This document shows, piece after piece, positions 1-9,434 of a stretch of DNA of 20,836 nt; position 1 is the first letter of the stretch, and each line of letters begins with the position of its first letter. Origin of the DNA: Amoeboaphelidium protococcarum X5 (taxonomy: Eukaryota; Fungi; Aphelidiomycota). A model generated the notes under the pieces. The model was not told where the DNA came from and did not search any database. It worked only from the letters and a program-made list of their open reading frames with translations. Location: contig JALDTO010000051.1 of assembly GCA_023515725.1 (NCBI GenBank), positions 1 through 20,836 on the forward strand, given 5' to 3'. Position numbers and translations under genes: made by a program.

Positions 1-1433
1 TATCTATCTATTGCTCCTATGATATGAAGGATATATATGTGGCATGATACAGCTGATATATGCGGGCCATGAAATTCTGTGGTGTCTAATGTGTCGCATC
101 CCCAGTTTTTACCAATCGACAGATCTATAAAGTTTGTCAAGCACTGTCAGAGTTGCTTCAGTCATTTTTATAACATGTTCTTATGTGGCAATAATGGCTG
201 CGAATGTAACAAGTGTATATCATTTGTAAGCGTATACTATGATGTCACTGGGGCCTCTCTGTGGTCTGGCGTGGTGGACTATCTGAAGGCAAAAGTTGAG
301 AGCACAATTTTATCAGCAAATTTGGTAGTCAATTCACGAGAAAATTTTGTTGGTGCGGTTATGGATTAACCTTGCGGTGACTGAGCGGAAAAAGATTCTG
401 ACGCGTCAGTGAGATTTTTAAGATATAAGTCTGCAGTCTGAAAGCTCTGGAAGCTCTTATTTGCCAACTTAAAAGCTCTGGTGGAAGTCTACAACGGGAT
501 TACAACCCCAAGAAGGCCAACTACCGTTACCATGTAAAAGATGATTAAAGCGTGGTTAACGTGTTTCACCACAGTATCTACGATGGAACGTTGCAAGTAA
601 GCACAAGAAGTCAATCTGGAGAGGACGATTTCTGGCCTGTTCCTGAGGATGCTGGGTAGCTGAAAGAGAAGGACTTCGCAAAGTGTCGAAGAAGGCATCG
701 GAGAAGGTCCTCGCGTACTGGTTAAGCCGCTTTGATGACGGGGAGATTGCGCGTAAAATATCGATGATGGGCGATGATGAAGATAATTTGATATATCTGG
801 AAGTTTTGCTAATGGACAATGTCTGTCTGGATGTAGTGAATCAGGAAGCGAGCGTTTCGATGAGTCTGGGCGGACTACGGTCCAATGCTCTGTAGAGAAG
901 GTTTGAGCTTCTGAGCTCGGACCATTGTAAGAAGTCCATGGTTGTCCGGTTATAAGTCCTTATCATGACGTAAATGTCTAATTGACATAACTTATTCTCC
1001 TACCTCAGTTGTTATTGCCTGCATGTCAAGAAACCGCTAAAGATGTGTCAGCACCTATTCTTAGTCTATGGAATCAATATATATCCTATAATTTGTAATA
1101 GTTGATAAAGTTTCTCTTGCTTTACGTCTTGAATTGGCAAATGTAGTAGTGTAGAAGTTTGGTGGTGACAAGATAGATTTGATTATGTGGATTAGAGTCC
1201 GCTTACCTACATGGGCGCCGGACTTTCTTGAGACATTTAGCTTCGTTTAAATACTTGAATATAATAAGTTAACGATATTAATGTAATCATCATTCATTTA
1301 TATTTCACAAGTATTGCTTGAGTAAAGAATGTCTTCACAGTAGTATCGAACTATGTAACAACGTAGATCGGCTGAAAGGAAATGGGATTACAGTAGCAAG
1401 TAAAATTTCAATTATTCTATTCAACGACAGTAT

Positions 1434-2089
1434 TCAAATTTTACATTTCAACTTGGTGCCTATAGAGTATTGTTCATGATAACTGACATTATGCTCTTCT
1501 CCGACAACAATATTACAAATAGCCTAGAATCTGAACACTTTTCCCGGCATTTAGGAGCAAATCACATTAGAACGGCAGCTATGATTGAGAAAATACGTTG
1601 GTCCCTCAAAAACATCATTGGCACCAAACATGTTCACAGAGAAATTGCTTTGATTCTTCTTGCCAACTTCTGGAGTCTTGTCTGCAACCGCCGCATCTCT
1701 GAAGCTAATTACGCTCTTTCTGGTTAATCAGTAAATACTCCTAGCTCATTTTCTAATGCAGTGCCAAGTTAGCATTGATTTCCGCCGTGAAATGTCTCAT
1801 AAAAGTTACATCATGCACTTCTTAAATCGTGCCAAATAGACTTTGCAAAGTGATTCTTCTTATAGAAACTAACGCACAACTTTTTAAACTAAACCATAGG
1901 CATAAATTAGTTCTCAATATCAAAAGTTTTATCTATGACGGATGAGTTAATTTTAAATTCTTAATACTACTTAGCAATGTTAGCCGGAATCTTTAATTCA
2001 GTTTTCTTGGTGGACCATATTTGATGCTCGGATCCAGCGTGTGCTCCAGCTACTCGTATTGCAGCATCCAGGGAACTGTTAACAAAACT
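1434..2089 (-). pseudogene. Disrupted SET-domain lysine methyltransferase, Set9/SUV4-20-like
   Basis: With TAR=Gln, 1727->1434 reads ...KKNQSNFSVNMFGANDVFEGPTYFLNHSCRSNVICSQMPGKVFRFQAICNIVVGEEHNVSYHEQYSIGTKLKCKI*. This has the SET signatures GPxxFLNHSC (1604-1575) and IxxGEExxVSY, plus the (D/N)FSV motif of Set9/SUV4-20. The upstream part (...ENELGVFTD...) is in another frame, implying a frameshift near 1720-1730, and carries an in-frame TGA at 1813-1811. The 5' boundary is approximate. Confidence 0.7.
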
Positions 2090-2652
2090 TCACCAAAATC
2101 TGGCTCTGCTTATTCGTGTGAGGAGTTTTAGAGCCCGGTAGATTGGGATCTTTCTCAGAAAGCTTGACTACTAGCTTGTCTCCATTTGAATTAGGTTGCA
2201 TATGAATGATGATTCCAATTAGTGAAAGCTCGGTGCGCTTGTCATTATCTAGACGCACCGTTTTGCCATTGATCCCGTCGGTACCCTGAAGGTACCATTT
2301 TGCAAATGAAGGTAAAGCTACTGCGTTGCGTTCATGCAGCTGTTTCAGCAGCTTATACGCATGCTTACGTGCATCGATTTGCTCCTTCGATTACATGCCA
2401 GCAGCAACACTACCAGCAGACGCGTTAGCAGCAAGCCGCCAGCTCAACTTCAGCGAGGTTCAGCTCTTCTAACAAAAGCGTAGCTTGCGTTTGTTGTTTC
2501 AGCCTGGCAGAGATTTGAGCCGAAACAACATGGGAGCACTCTTCGGACTGCAGAGTATTTTCAACGTAGACCAACCAGCGGCCATAGTTGGGACCGCGGA
2601 AGATCACCTTGTTGGTAGCGGGTTTCGGGATGTTTGTATTCGGATTGCTCAT
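1998..2652 (-). mobile_element. Possible degenerate Ty1/Copia gag N-terminal fragment
   Basis: MSNPNTNIPKPATNKVIFRGPNYGRWLVYVENTLQSEECSHVV resembles the Copia gag N-terminal pattern (F/L)xGxNYxxWxxxxxxxLxxxxxxxxV. An apparent frameshift near 2435 leads into ...AANASAGSVAAGMQSKEQIDARKHAYKLLKQLHE... as far as TGA 2000-1998. No LTR, PBS, zinc knuckle or pol was seen. Confidence 0.3.
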
Positions 2653-4005
2653 TTTTTCTAAAGCTTTGATTACATTTATTGTCTAACTGACTACATATTT
2701 CTATTATAATCCAAGAGGTAAAACTGCATTCTCCTGCAATTAAGCAAAATTCTTGTAATACTAAATCAAGTTTCGCGTCCATTCGCTAGATGTCGTTGTA
2801 CCGCGAATCAGTCCGTGATCAGAGTCATCGCCAGACGAGGTATCCACAATTGACACAACTTTCTATGTCTTTCTCTTAGATCTTATTGTTCACATACATT
2901 TATACTTTTATTTTGAAGCATCAATGTTGGATATTCTTAATAAAGAATGTAAGGCTGTTAAGCTTGGGATTTAACCTCAATGAGAAAGAGAAGATTGATA
3001 ATCAAGATCTGAGTCACTATCAGTGATCAGCCTATCATAAGAGGCTTCTCTTAACTACATTGTTACACGACTAATCAGATTGCGTAGAATAACACAACTC
3101 AAATTCCAGCAATCATCCATCAGCAACGCACAAGTTCAGCGACTCACTATATGAGTCAAATGCCATTTCAATGACAAAAGGAAGTGTTCTGATGACTCTA
3201 TTACACTGAGCCGACTTGCAGTTCCCAGCACGTCATATTACGCGTCTATCTAAACAGCAAAGAAACTGCACGGTCCGTAGATATTAATGCAAATATCAAA
3301 GCAGAGTCGTATGTTCCCTGATCATCAACTGCGCCTATTTCAGCCATTGGCGGTAAAAAAGTCAAAATGAAGAGAGATAAATTTTAGTCGCCATGCTAAA
3401 GACGCGGTGAGTAACGAATACGCTAAAGTGCTGGATGAAACTGCCAAGGTACTGTAGATGAAGCAGTGGTGTAATTGAAGATGGAAGTATGGCCTAACAA
3501 CAGCTCGCGTAATGGCCCGGACTTCACAGGATTCTACATTACGGTATTAGCTGACACTATTAGAAATAACAATAAAAGATTTTATATAGATATCAATGGC
3601 GCAAACGTTGTACAAGGATTTCAAGGTACGTTACTGTGTAAATCAATCATGTTCCTATACCGCGATTTTTCAGTTTTTAATATCCCCATTGCACATTTAG
3701 AAAGTTATACTTGTATATAATAGATCTTGGATATTGATGAACGCTTTAAAATTTAAATACAAAGATTCTGTCTCTCATTCGCTCCGTAATCATTATCCCC
3801 ATTGAGTACACGTACCGATGGAACGCTTTCTGTGCAACAGTTCTTCGCGAGCGAGCGACTTTCCACCTGATCGCGCTGAACCTTGACCGAAACGTTTTGC
3901 ATTCGCAGAAGGACAAAATTTCTTTTGATCGCCCGCGTATATTTAATCAGGAATAAAACCACATTTGATATTTAATAGATAAAACTACTTCATCGATCAA
4001 TAGAA

Positions 4006-4626
4006 ATGGGTGTTTCTGAATTAGAGAGAGTGGTTGTGATTGACGGAAAGGATCATTTGGTTGGACGTTTAGCATCAGTGGTTGCAAAGCAATTGCTGAA
4101 TGGACAGAGAGTTGTGGTTGTCCGCTGTGAGCAGCTCAATGTTAGCGGTCCATTTTTTAGAAATAAGCTCAAGTATAAGGCTTACCTGAGAAAGCGCTGT
4201 GTTGTCAATCCAAGACACGGTCAGTATCACTTCCGCGCTCCTTCCCGTATGTTCTACAAGGTTGTGCGCGGTATGATTCAACATAAGCTCTCTCGTGGCA
4301 AGGCTGCGCTGAACCGCTTGAAGGTGTACGAAGGTGTTCCTCCTCCATATGACAAGGTTAAGCGCGTCGTTGTGCCTGATGCTCTGCGCGTGCTGAGATT
4401 GAAGCCTGGCCGTAAGTTCACCGTGCTGGGAGATTTGTCGACCGAGTTTGGATGGAAGTATGGAGAGGTGGTGAGCACTCTCGAGGCAAAGAGAAAAGTC
4501 AAGTCCGCCGCTTACTTTGAGAAGAAGAACAGCAAGCGCCAGCTTGTCGCACAGGCAAAGAAGAATCTCGCTGATAAATTGAAGCCAATTCAAGAGACAA
4601 TGGAGGGCTATGGCTATACCCTGTGA
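4006..4626 (+). CDS. RPL13A: 60S ribosomal protein uL13 (L13a / yeast L16), 206 aa, intronless
   Basis: Motifs [46 protein letters not shown] and [11 protein letters not shown]. Runs ATG to TGA. Confidence 0.98.
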   Translation: MGVSELERVVVIDGKDHLVGRLASVVAKQLLNGQRVVVVRCEQLNVSGPFFRNKLKYKAYLRKRCVVNPRHGQYHFRAPSRMFYKVVRGMIQHKLSRGKAALNRLKVYEGVPPPYDKVKRVVVPDALRVLRLKPGRKFTVLGDLSTEFGWKYGEVVSTLEAKRKVKSAAYFEKKNSKRQLVAQAKKNLADKLKPIQETMEGYGYTL

Positions 4627-4781
4627 TCATTATGTCATCATCAATTGTTGGGAATAAACTATCTTTACCACTACTATTTGGTTTTGAATTCATTTTTTAT
4701 TATTAATGCAAGTAGACAAGTAGACAACGAATGAGAACTTGCAATTTTACAATTATGAGTGTAATCTTTAAACTACCATAA

Positions 4782-6311
4782 TCATACTAAGCCCATCATG
4801 TTTCCGAACGACACATACTGCATAGGACGCGTCATAGGATGCGGCACTGCATCGAAAGTACAATACTCATACTTGATACACGAGCGATCACCATTATCCA
4901 CAGTAATGTTGATATACGCACCTTTATTGTCCATCTGATCACAGTAGTTTGGAGCACTAAAGACTGTCACACAGCGACCATTATGATCAATAGCGTATCC
5001 ATTATCTTTAACTTCATGACTACGGATGATCATATCAAGACCGTTAAAGTCGCAGAAATTCTTAGTCACATCCGGCCCGAACTGAATGGCAACACCACGC
5101 TTTGACTGCTGACGGCCCATCTCAGCGCAAGGATCGGACCACAGCATTTCCACCATCAACAAATCTTTTCCCGATGGCCCAGAAACAGACGGCGGTGGCT
5201 GTCTGAAACGATCAATGTCGCGAAGCTCGTCGATGGAGACATTGTCGCGCGAGAATAGGCCGCCATGCAGCACGAGAGCCTTCTTATGGATAAGGTGGGC
5301 CAAAGGACACGCGCAGAAGATCTCGCTGAACAGCTTGAACATATTGTCAGACTAGTACTTGGCCCTCAACTCGTTCTCGAATCCATACATCCTGTTCATG
5401 TCATCAGTTTCGTGATTTCCTCTATTCAGAAGCATATACTCAGGATAGAGAACTTTATACGCGAGCAAAGTCATTATACACTCTACCGAGAATGAGCCGC
5501 GATCGACAAAGTCACCATTAAATAAGTAAATGTGAGGCTCCTTCCCATCTGAACCATCGCTTGGATATCCATTAGTCTTAAATATGTTAAGTAAATCATA
5601 GTACTGTCCGTGAATATCTCCACACACGGTTAACACTGTTCCGGGAGCGTACTTGTTCAAATCAATGTCCACCACAGATTATTGCGCCTTCAGTATGTCT
5701 AGAGCCTTTAACATCATCTTTAAAGCATATTTCTTATGAATGCGCTTCTCCTATTCAAATCTAGTAACCAAGTCTCTGACGAAAGCCGGCGTGACATCTC
5801 CTTCATCCCATTTGACGCCATCATAGGAATCTTCCACCACAAAGTCTTCAGGATTTATAGTCTCTGAAATTTTCGGCTTCACCACGTCATCATACGCCAT
5901 AGCCTTCTCAAAGTCGATTCGCTTCACAATCTTTTCAACAATAGACAGCTTCTACTTGGCATCGGCATCATTAGGAGCGCCTTTAACCACCACACGGAAA
6001 TCCTTCAAAGACTCTTTGTATCTGCCAAGCGCGAAGTAAGCAGAGGCGCGTCTGTAGTATGCTTTTACAAATCCGGGCTTAACGTTAAGAGCCTTTTCAG
6101 CATCAGCGATAACATCTCCGTAATTCTCCAATCGTAAACTAGCCATAGCTCGATTGGTATAGTAAGTAGGCTCATTCTGATACACCTCGATCGCCTCTGT
6201 ATACTTGTCATACGCTTCCTGGTACTTTCCATCCTTGAATAGAGCATTCGCTTCAGCTTTAATAGCCTCGGCCTACTCGAGCCTGCTGTCTTATTCATTC
6301 TACGCCATCAT
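4782..6311 (-). CDS. PPT1: Serine/threonine protein phosphatase 5 (TPR + PPP catalytic domain), 509 aa, intronless
   Basis: One frame from ATG 6311 to TGA 4784-4782 when 7 in-frame TAA/TAG (6302, 6293, 6275, 5954, 5753, 5681, 5354) are read as Gln. TPR motifs [24 protein letters not shown] and [12 protein letters not shown] motifs GDIHGQ, GDFVDRG, RGNHE, HGG, RSHE and SAPNY. Confidence 0.96.
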
Positions 6312-6816
6312 TGCTACGTTAGACTGTATAAATTATAGCAATAGAGTCAGTTTGAGATTAGAAAGCTACTGAAGAAGACTCCGTAGAAGAGCTGGTGCAG
6401 TTTAAATTTGTCTGAAGCGAGGCGAATCTTGAATAAAATTCGCGCGAGAGTGAAAAATCTTTGATCGGCAAACAGTTGGAAAATCCCTCCTGAGATAACG
6501 CACATCACTATGGTCAGTGAGATTGTTCATTTTACATCAACCTCTCTAAGAATACATATTAGTTAAAATAAATGTTGCATCATTTGCACGCGTAATTCAA
6601 CAGCAATTCAGTCTGCGGATGAGTGCATGTTGCATACAATCGAAAAGCGTCAAATGTGATGAGACTCAATATATGAAAATTATGATGGTGTGCAAATAAA
6701 TTATAAAAGTGTTGCAATAATCAGCATTAGAGATTACTGATTTGATCATCATCATTAATTTCATTTTGAATTATTACTTCATAAAAAATCATAAATTCAT
6801 CATATCCATCATCACA

Positions 6817-8409
6817 TCACAATAGGAACAGAGTGGAAACAACACCAATGAACATAACTTCGAACTGAACATTATACGATGTCATAGCACCGCTGGCCTT
6901 CTTCTTAGGCGCTCCCTGCACTGGGTATACATTATTGGTAGTGTTAGGATTAATACGCGCACCATTAGATAAGAGTAGAGGCTCAGCAGTGTCATCGATA
7001 CGATTCAGCTTATACGCAGGAGGCTTGGCATTAGTGTCCAGAAAGTCGTATCCTTTTCGCGCAGGCAGTAAATCTTATACTCTGAGATTCCAAGGATATA
7101 GCACACTGTCATACATGTGACCAACTAAGACCCATCGTCTCTGGCCATTGACCGTGACTTATTATGCACCGGGCGTGTTCTCGTTCACGGTTGGATCGGT
7201 GACACCGGGACGGTAGCAAGTGGCACTTCCAGTACCATTGGAGCAACCATGACGGTCTTGCCAGAATGTAAGCAATCGATCAACTTGACTATGATGGATC
7301 AAAAATATAGGATCATTGAACGAGACTTCGACTTGGCGCATTGTACCACCCAAGAATCGATGAATACCATTGTGATTCTGTCCGTAGTAACCGGTGACTG
7401 AGGACACCCAGCCCTCAAGAACATTACGGAATGATCCCTCAATTCCAGAGTTATCAAAAGGTGCTGCATCGTATACAGGCACGCTCATGAGACGGTCAAA
7501 TTCCTATTGAGTCTAGAATCGGAAGCCAGCATCTTCTCCGATATTCCTAGTGAGAGCCTTGATTGAATCAGGATAATCTGGAGGCAGAGACCAACGCTTG
7601 GAGCATTGTTGAGATGGATTTTGATTAGGATCTTGACACCAAGGACCGCTTTCAATGATGAAATTGTTATTCGGATTACCAGTTGGACCAAAATACTTCT
7701 CCAGTCCGTCCCAGCCTTTCATCCAGTCCCAGAAGGGTAGGCCCATAGTGTCATCGCCGGAAGCAGTGGCGATCGCGCGTTCCACCACACGCATTGTCAT
7801 TCTGTGCCAGATGAGGAAAGATGGCCCAGAATGAGCTGCAGTTCTGTTACTTCCAGACACAGTGTTGGCAGAGAAGGATCTCAAGTGCAGACGCGACAAA
7901 TGATCATAGATACCAAGCTCCTTGAGTCTGTATAAAGCATCGCGCCATCGAGCAAACCACGCGTCATCACACTGACGCATCTCAGGCCTAATACTGGTCG
8001 GGAACTCGGACTCTTCAAACACGCGCACCTTCTTTGTTATAACCATCGGCTGGCGCAGATTAGCGTCTGTGACCGTTAAACGCACATCAAACTCGCCAAC
8101 ACGGGTGAAACTGTAATCAACCACACGTCCAACGCAGGGATTCAAATTGGTTCTTCCATCTGATGTACACAGCCCACCCTCAGCATTTGGGAATTCCCAG
8201 GTAAAGGTCGGATTCTGCAGAGTCAGACTAGCATTCACATCAGGCGCCATTATAACAGGCCAATTTGGCGGCATTGGGACATGGAAGATCTTTATCTAGT
8301 CTTCTTGTTGTTACTACTACTACTATTGCTAGACTCGCTAGCTCTATACGGAGGAGATTGCATTGTATAACGCCGCAACAATAATCGCCACGACTTGTTT
8401 ATTCATCAT
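6817..8409 (-). CDS. Secreted tyrosinase (type-3 copper) with N-terminal PKD/Ig-like domain and probable GPI-anchor signal, 530 aa
   Basis: One frame from ATG 8409 to TGA 6819-6817 with TAR=Gln. In order: signal peptide MMNKQVVAIIVAALYNAISSVQS, a Q9 tract, PKD-like FTWEFPNAEGG...YSFTRVGEFDVRLTVTD, CuA site HLSRLH...AAHSGPSFLIWHR, LPFWDW, CuB site HNGIH...DPIFLIHHSQVDR, and a hydrophobic tail ASGAMTSYNVQFEVMFIGVVSTLFLL*. Confidence 0.9.
8305..8331 (-). repeat. Poly-Gln (Q9) tract encoded by mixed TAG/TAA/CAA codons
   Basis: The minus strand reads TAG CAA TAG TAG TAG TAG TAA CAA CAA, in frame between the signal peptide and the PKD domain of the tyrosinase. Confidence 0.9.
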
Positions 8410-8811
8410 TTTTCCTGTATCTGTGTTTATTTTATTGTTAATGTATATACTCAATAGGAAGAAGAAGAAAAAGATTGATATATTGGTGCTACATGATCCA
8501 AGTGATTCTAAATCAGACCAGTTTATCCCGGTTGACCAATCAGACTGGGCCAACTTAGTTACACCGACTGATCACACGAACCAATCTTGGCGATGGAGGC
8601 AACGAAGACTTCACACGCGTTCAATATTGCGGCTATATTATCACGTACCACCTCATGACTAAGATTACTGGATGTGTATTTAGATATACAAGGGAATAAT
8701 GTTACATTCCATTGTAAATTGTTTGTGTTCTCGCGATTATAGTCTTTGTGGCGATTGAAATACCCGACACTTAACAGACGGTAGTAGATTAAATATTTAT
8801 GTTAACAATTT

Positions 8812-9296
8812 TCATTATTATTAGACATATTTGACACGATTAGCAGCTAAATATATTCCACATGACGTTCCAGTCTGACGTGTGTCTTGAAATCCAAGAG
8901 GGCCGTATTCACAGTCGGCGCAGATCAAATACTTCATACCTTCCCTCACACTGTCTTATTATGCAGTCACAGTTTTACTAAATCCTATATTTTCAAATTA
9001 AAACGCGTCTTTAAGCATCCAGTATCCTTCCAACTGCTATTATGGGTTCTATTCTACTGCATTCAACTCTGGAAGTTTATACTACATTCAATCCCGAGGT
9101 TACGTGATGTTCTGTAAACAGGAGATAATCATTATATTCTTACTCGATCAATATTGCTATCTGATAGATGCTCTATTGATTTCTAATACTAGGCCACACC
9201 TTTACGAACTATTAGCGATTTGCATTAAGTTTATGGACAGATGAAGTTCACGGCATTAGAGCCATTTTAATTGATATGTTAATCAAGCGTCATCAT
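8812..9296 (-). CDS. MSS4: MSS4/DSS4 (RABIF) Rab nucleotide-release factor/chaperone, 140 aa; exons 9296-9144 and 9081-8812
   Basis: Not in the ORF track. With TAR=Gln and one 62-nt intron it reads MMTLDQHINQNGSNAVNFICPQTQCKSLIVRKGVA...YKLPEL...GYWMLKDAFQFENIGFSKTV...MKYLICADCEYGPLGFQD...IYLAANRVKYVQQQ*. It has both Zn-binding Cys pairs and the family motifs FENxGF and LxCADCExGPxG. Confidence 0.93.
9082..9143 (-). other. Spliceosomal intron in MSS4 (62 nt, phase 0)
   Basis: GTAAGA...AATGTAG. Removing it joins two different frames into a full MSS4 domain. Confidence 0.8.
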
Positions 9297-9434
9297 AAAG
9301 CTATCGAACTAACAAAATCACAAAAGAGATCGCTTACGAGAGGAGGAAGGCCCTACAAGTACAAGTGGACTTTGTATTCGCATTATCATTAGTATCAAGT
9401 ATTAAATTCATTACTAGCATTATCACTATTATTA

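Noticed and set aside
1023-1778. Plus-strand 251-aa frame open under TAR=Gln
   Set aside because: It has no recognisable motif and partly mirrors the SET relic. Long chance ORFs are common when only one stop codon exists.
2653-3960. LTR or primer-binding site upstream of the gag-like fragment, and short ORFs 2561-2782, 3475-3720 and 3753-3962
   Set aside because: No direct-repeat pair or canonical tRNA-Met PBS was seen. The ORFs lack motifs, and 3753-3962 lies in the RPL13A promoter.
4075-4693. Minus-strand ORFs 4075-4593, 4278-4502 and 4499-4693
   Set aside because: Antisense shadows of RPL13A with no recognisable motifs.
8363-8662. Plus-strand 99-aa ORF resembling a single-pass membrane protein
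   Set aside because: It overlaps the tyrosinase start and promoter in antisense, and the hydrophobic and Lys-rich look comes from AT-rich low-complexity sequence.
8887-9117. Plus-strand 76-aa ORF
   Set aside because: Antisense to MSS4 exon 2.
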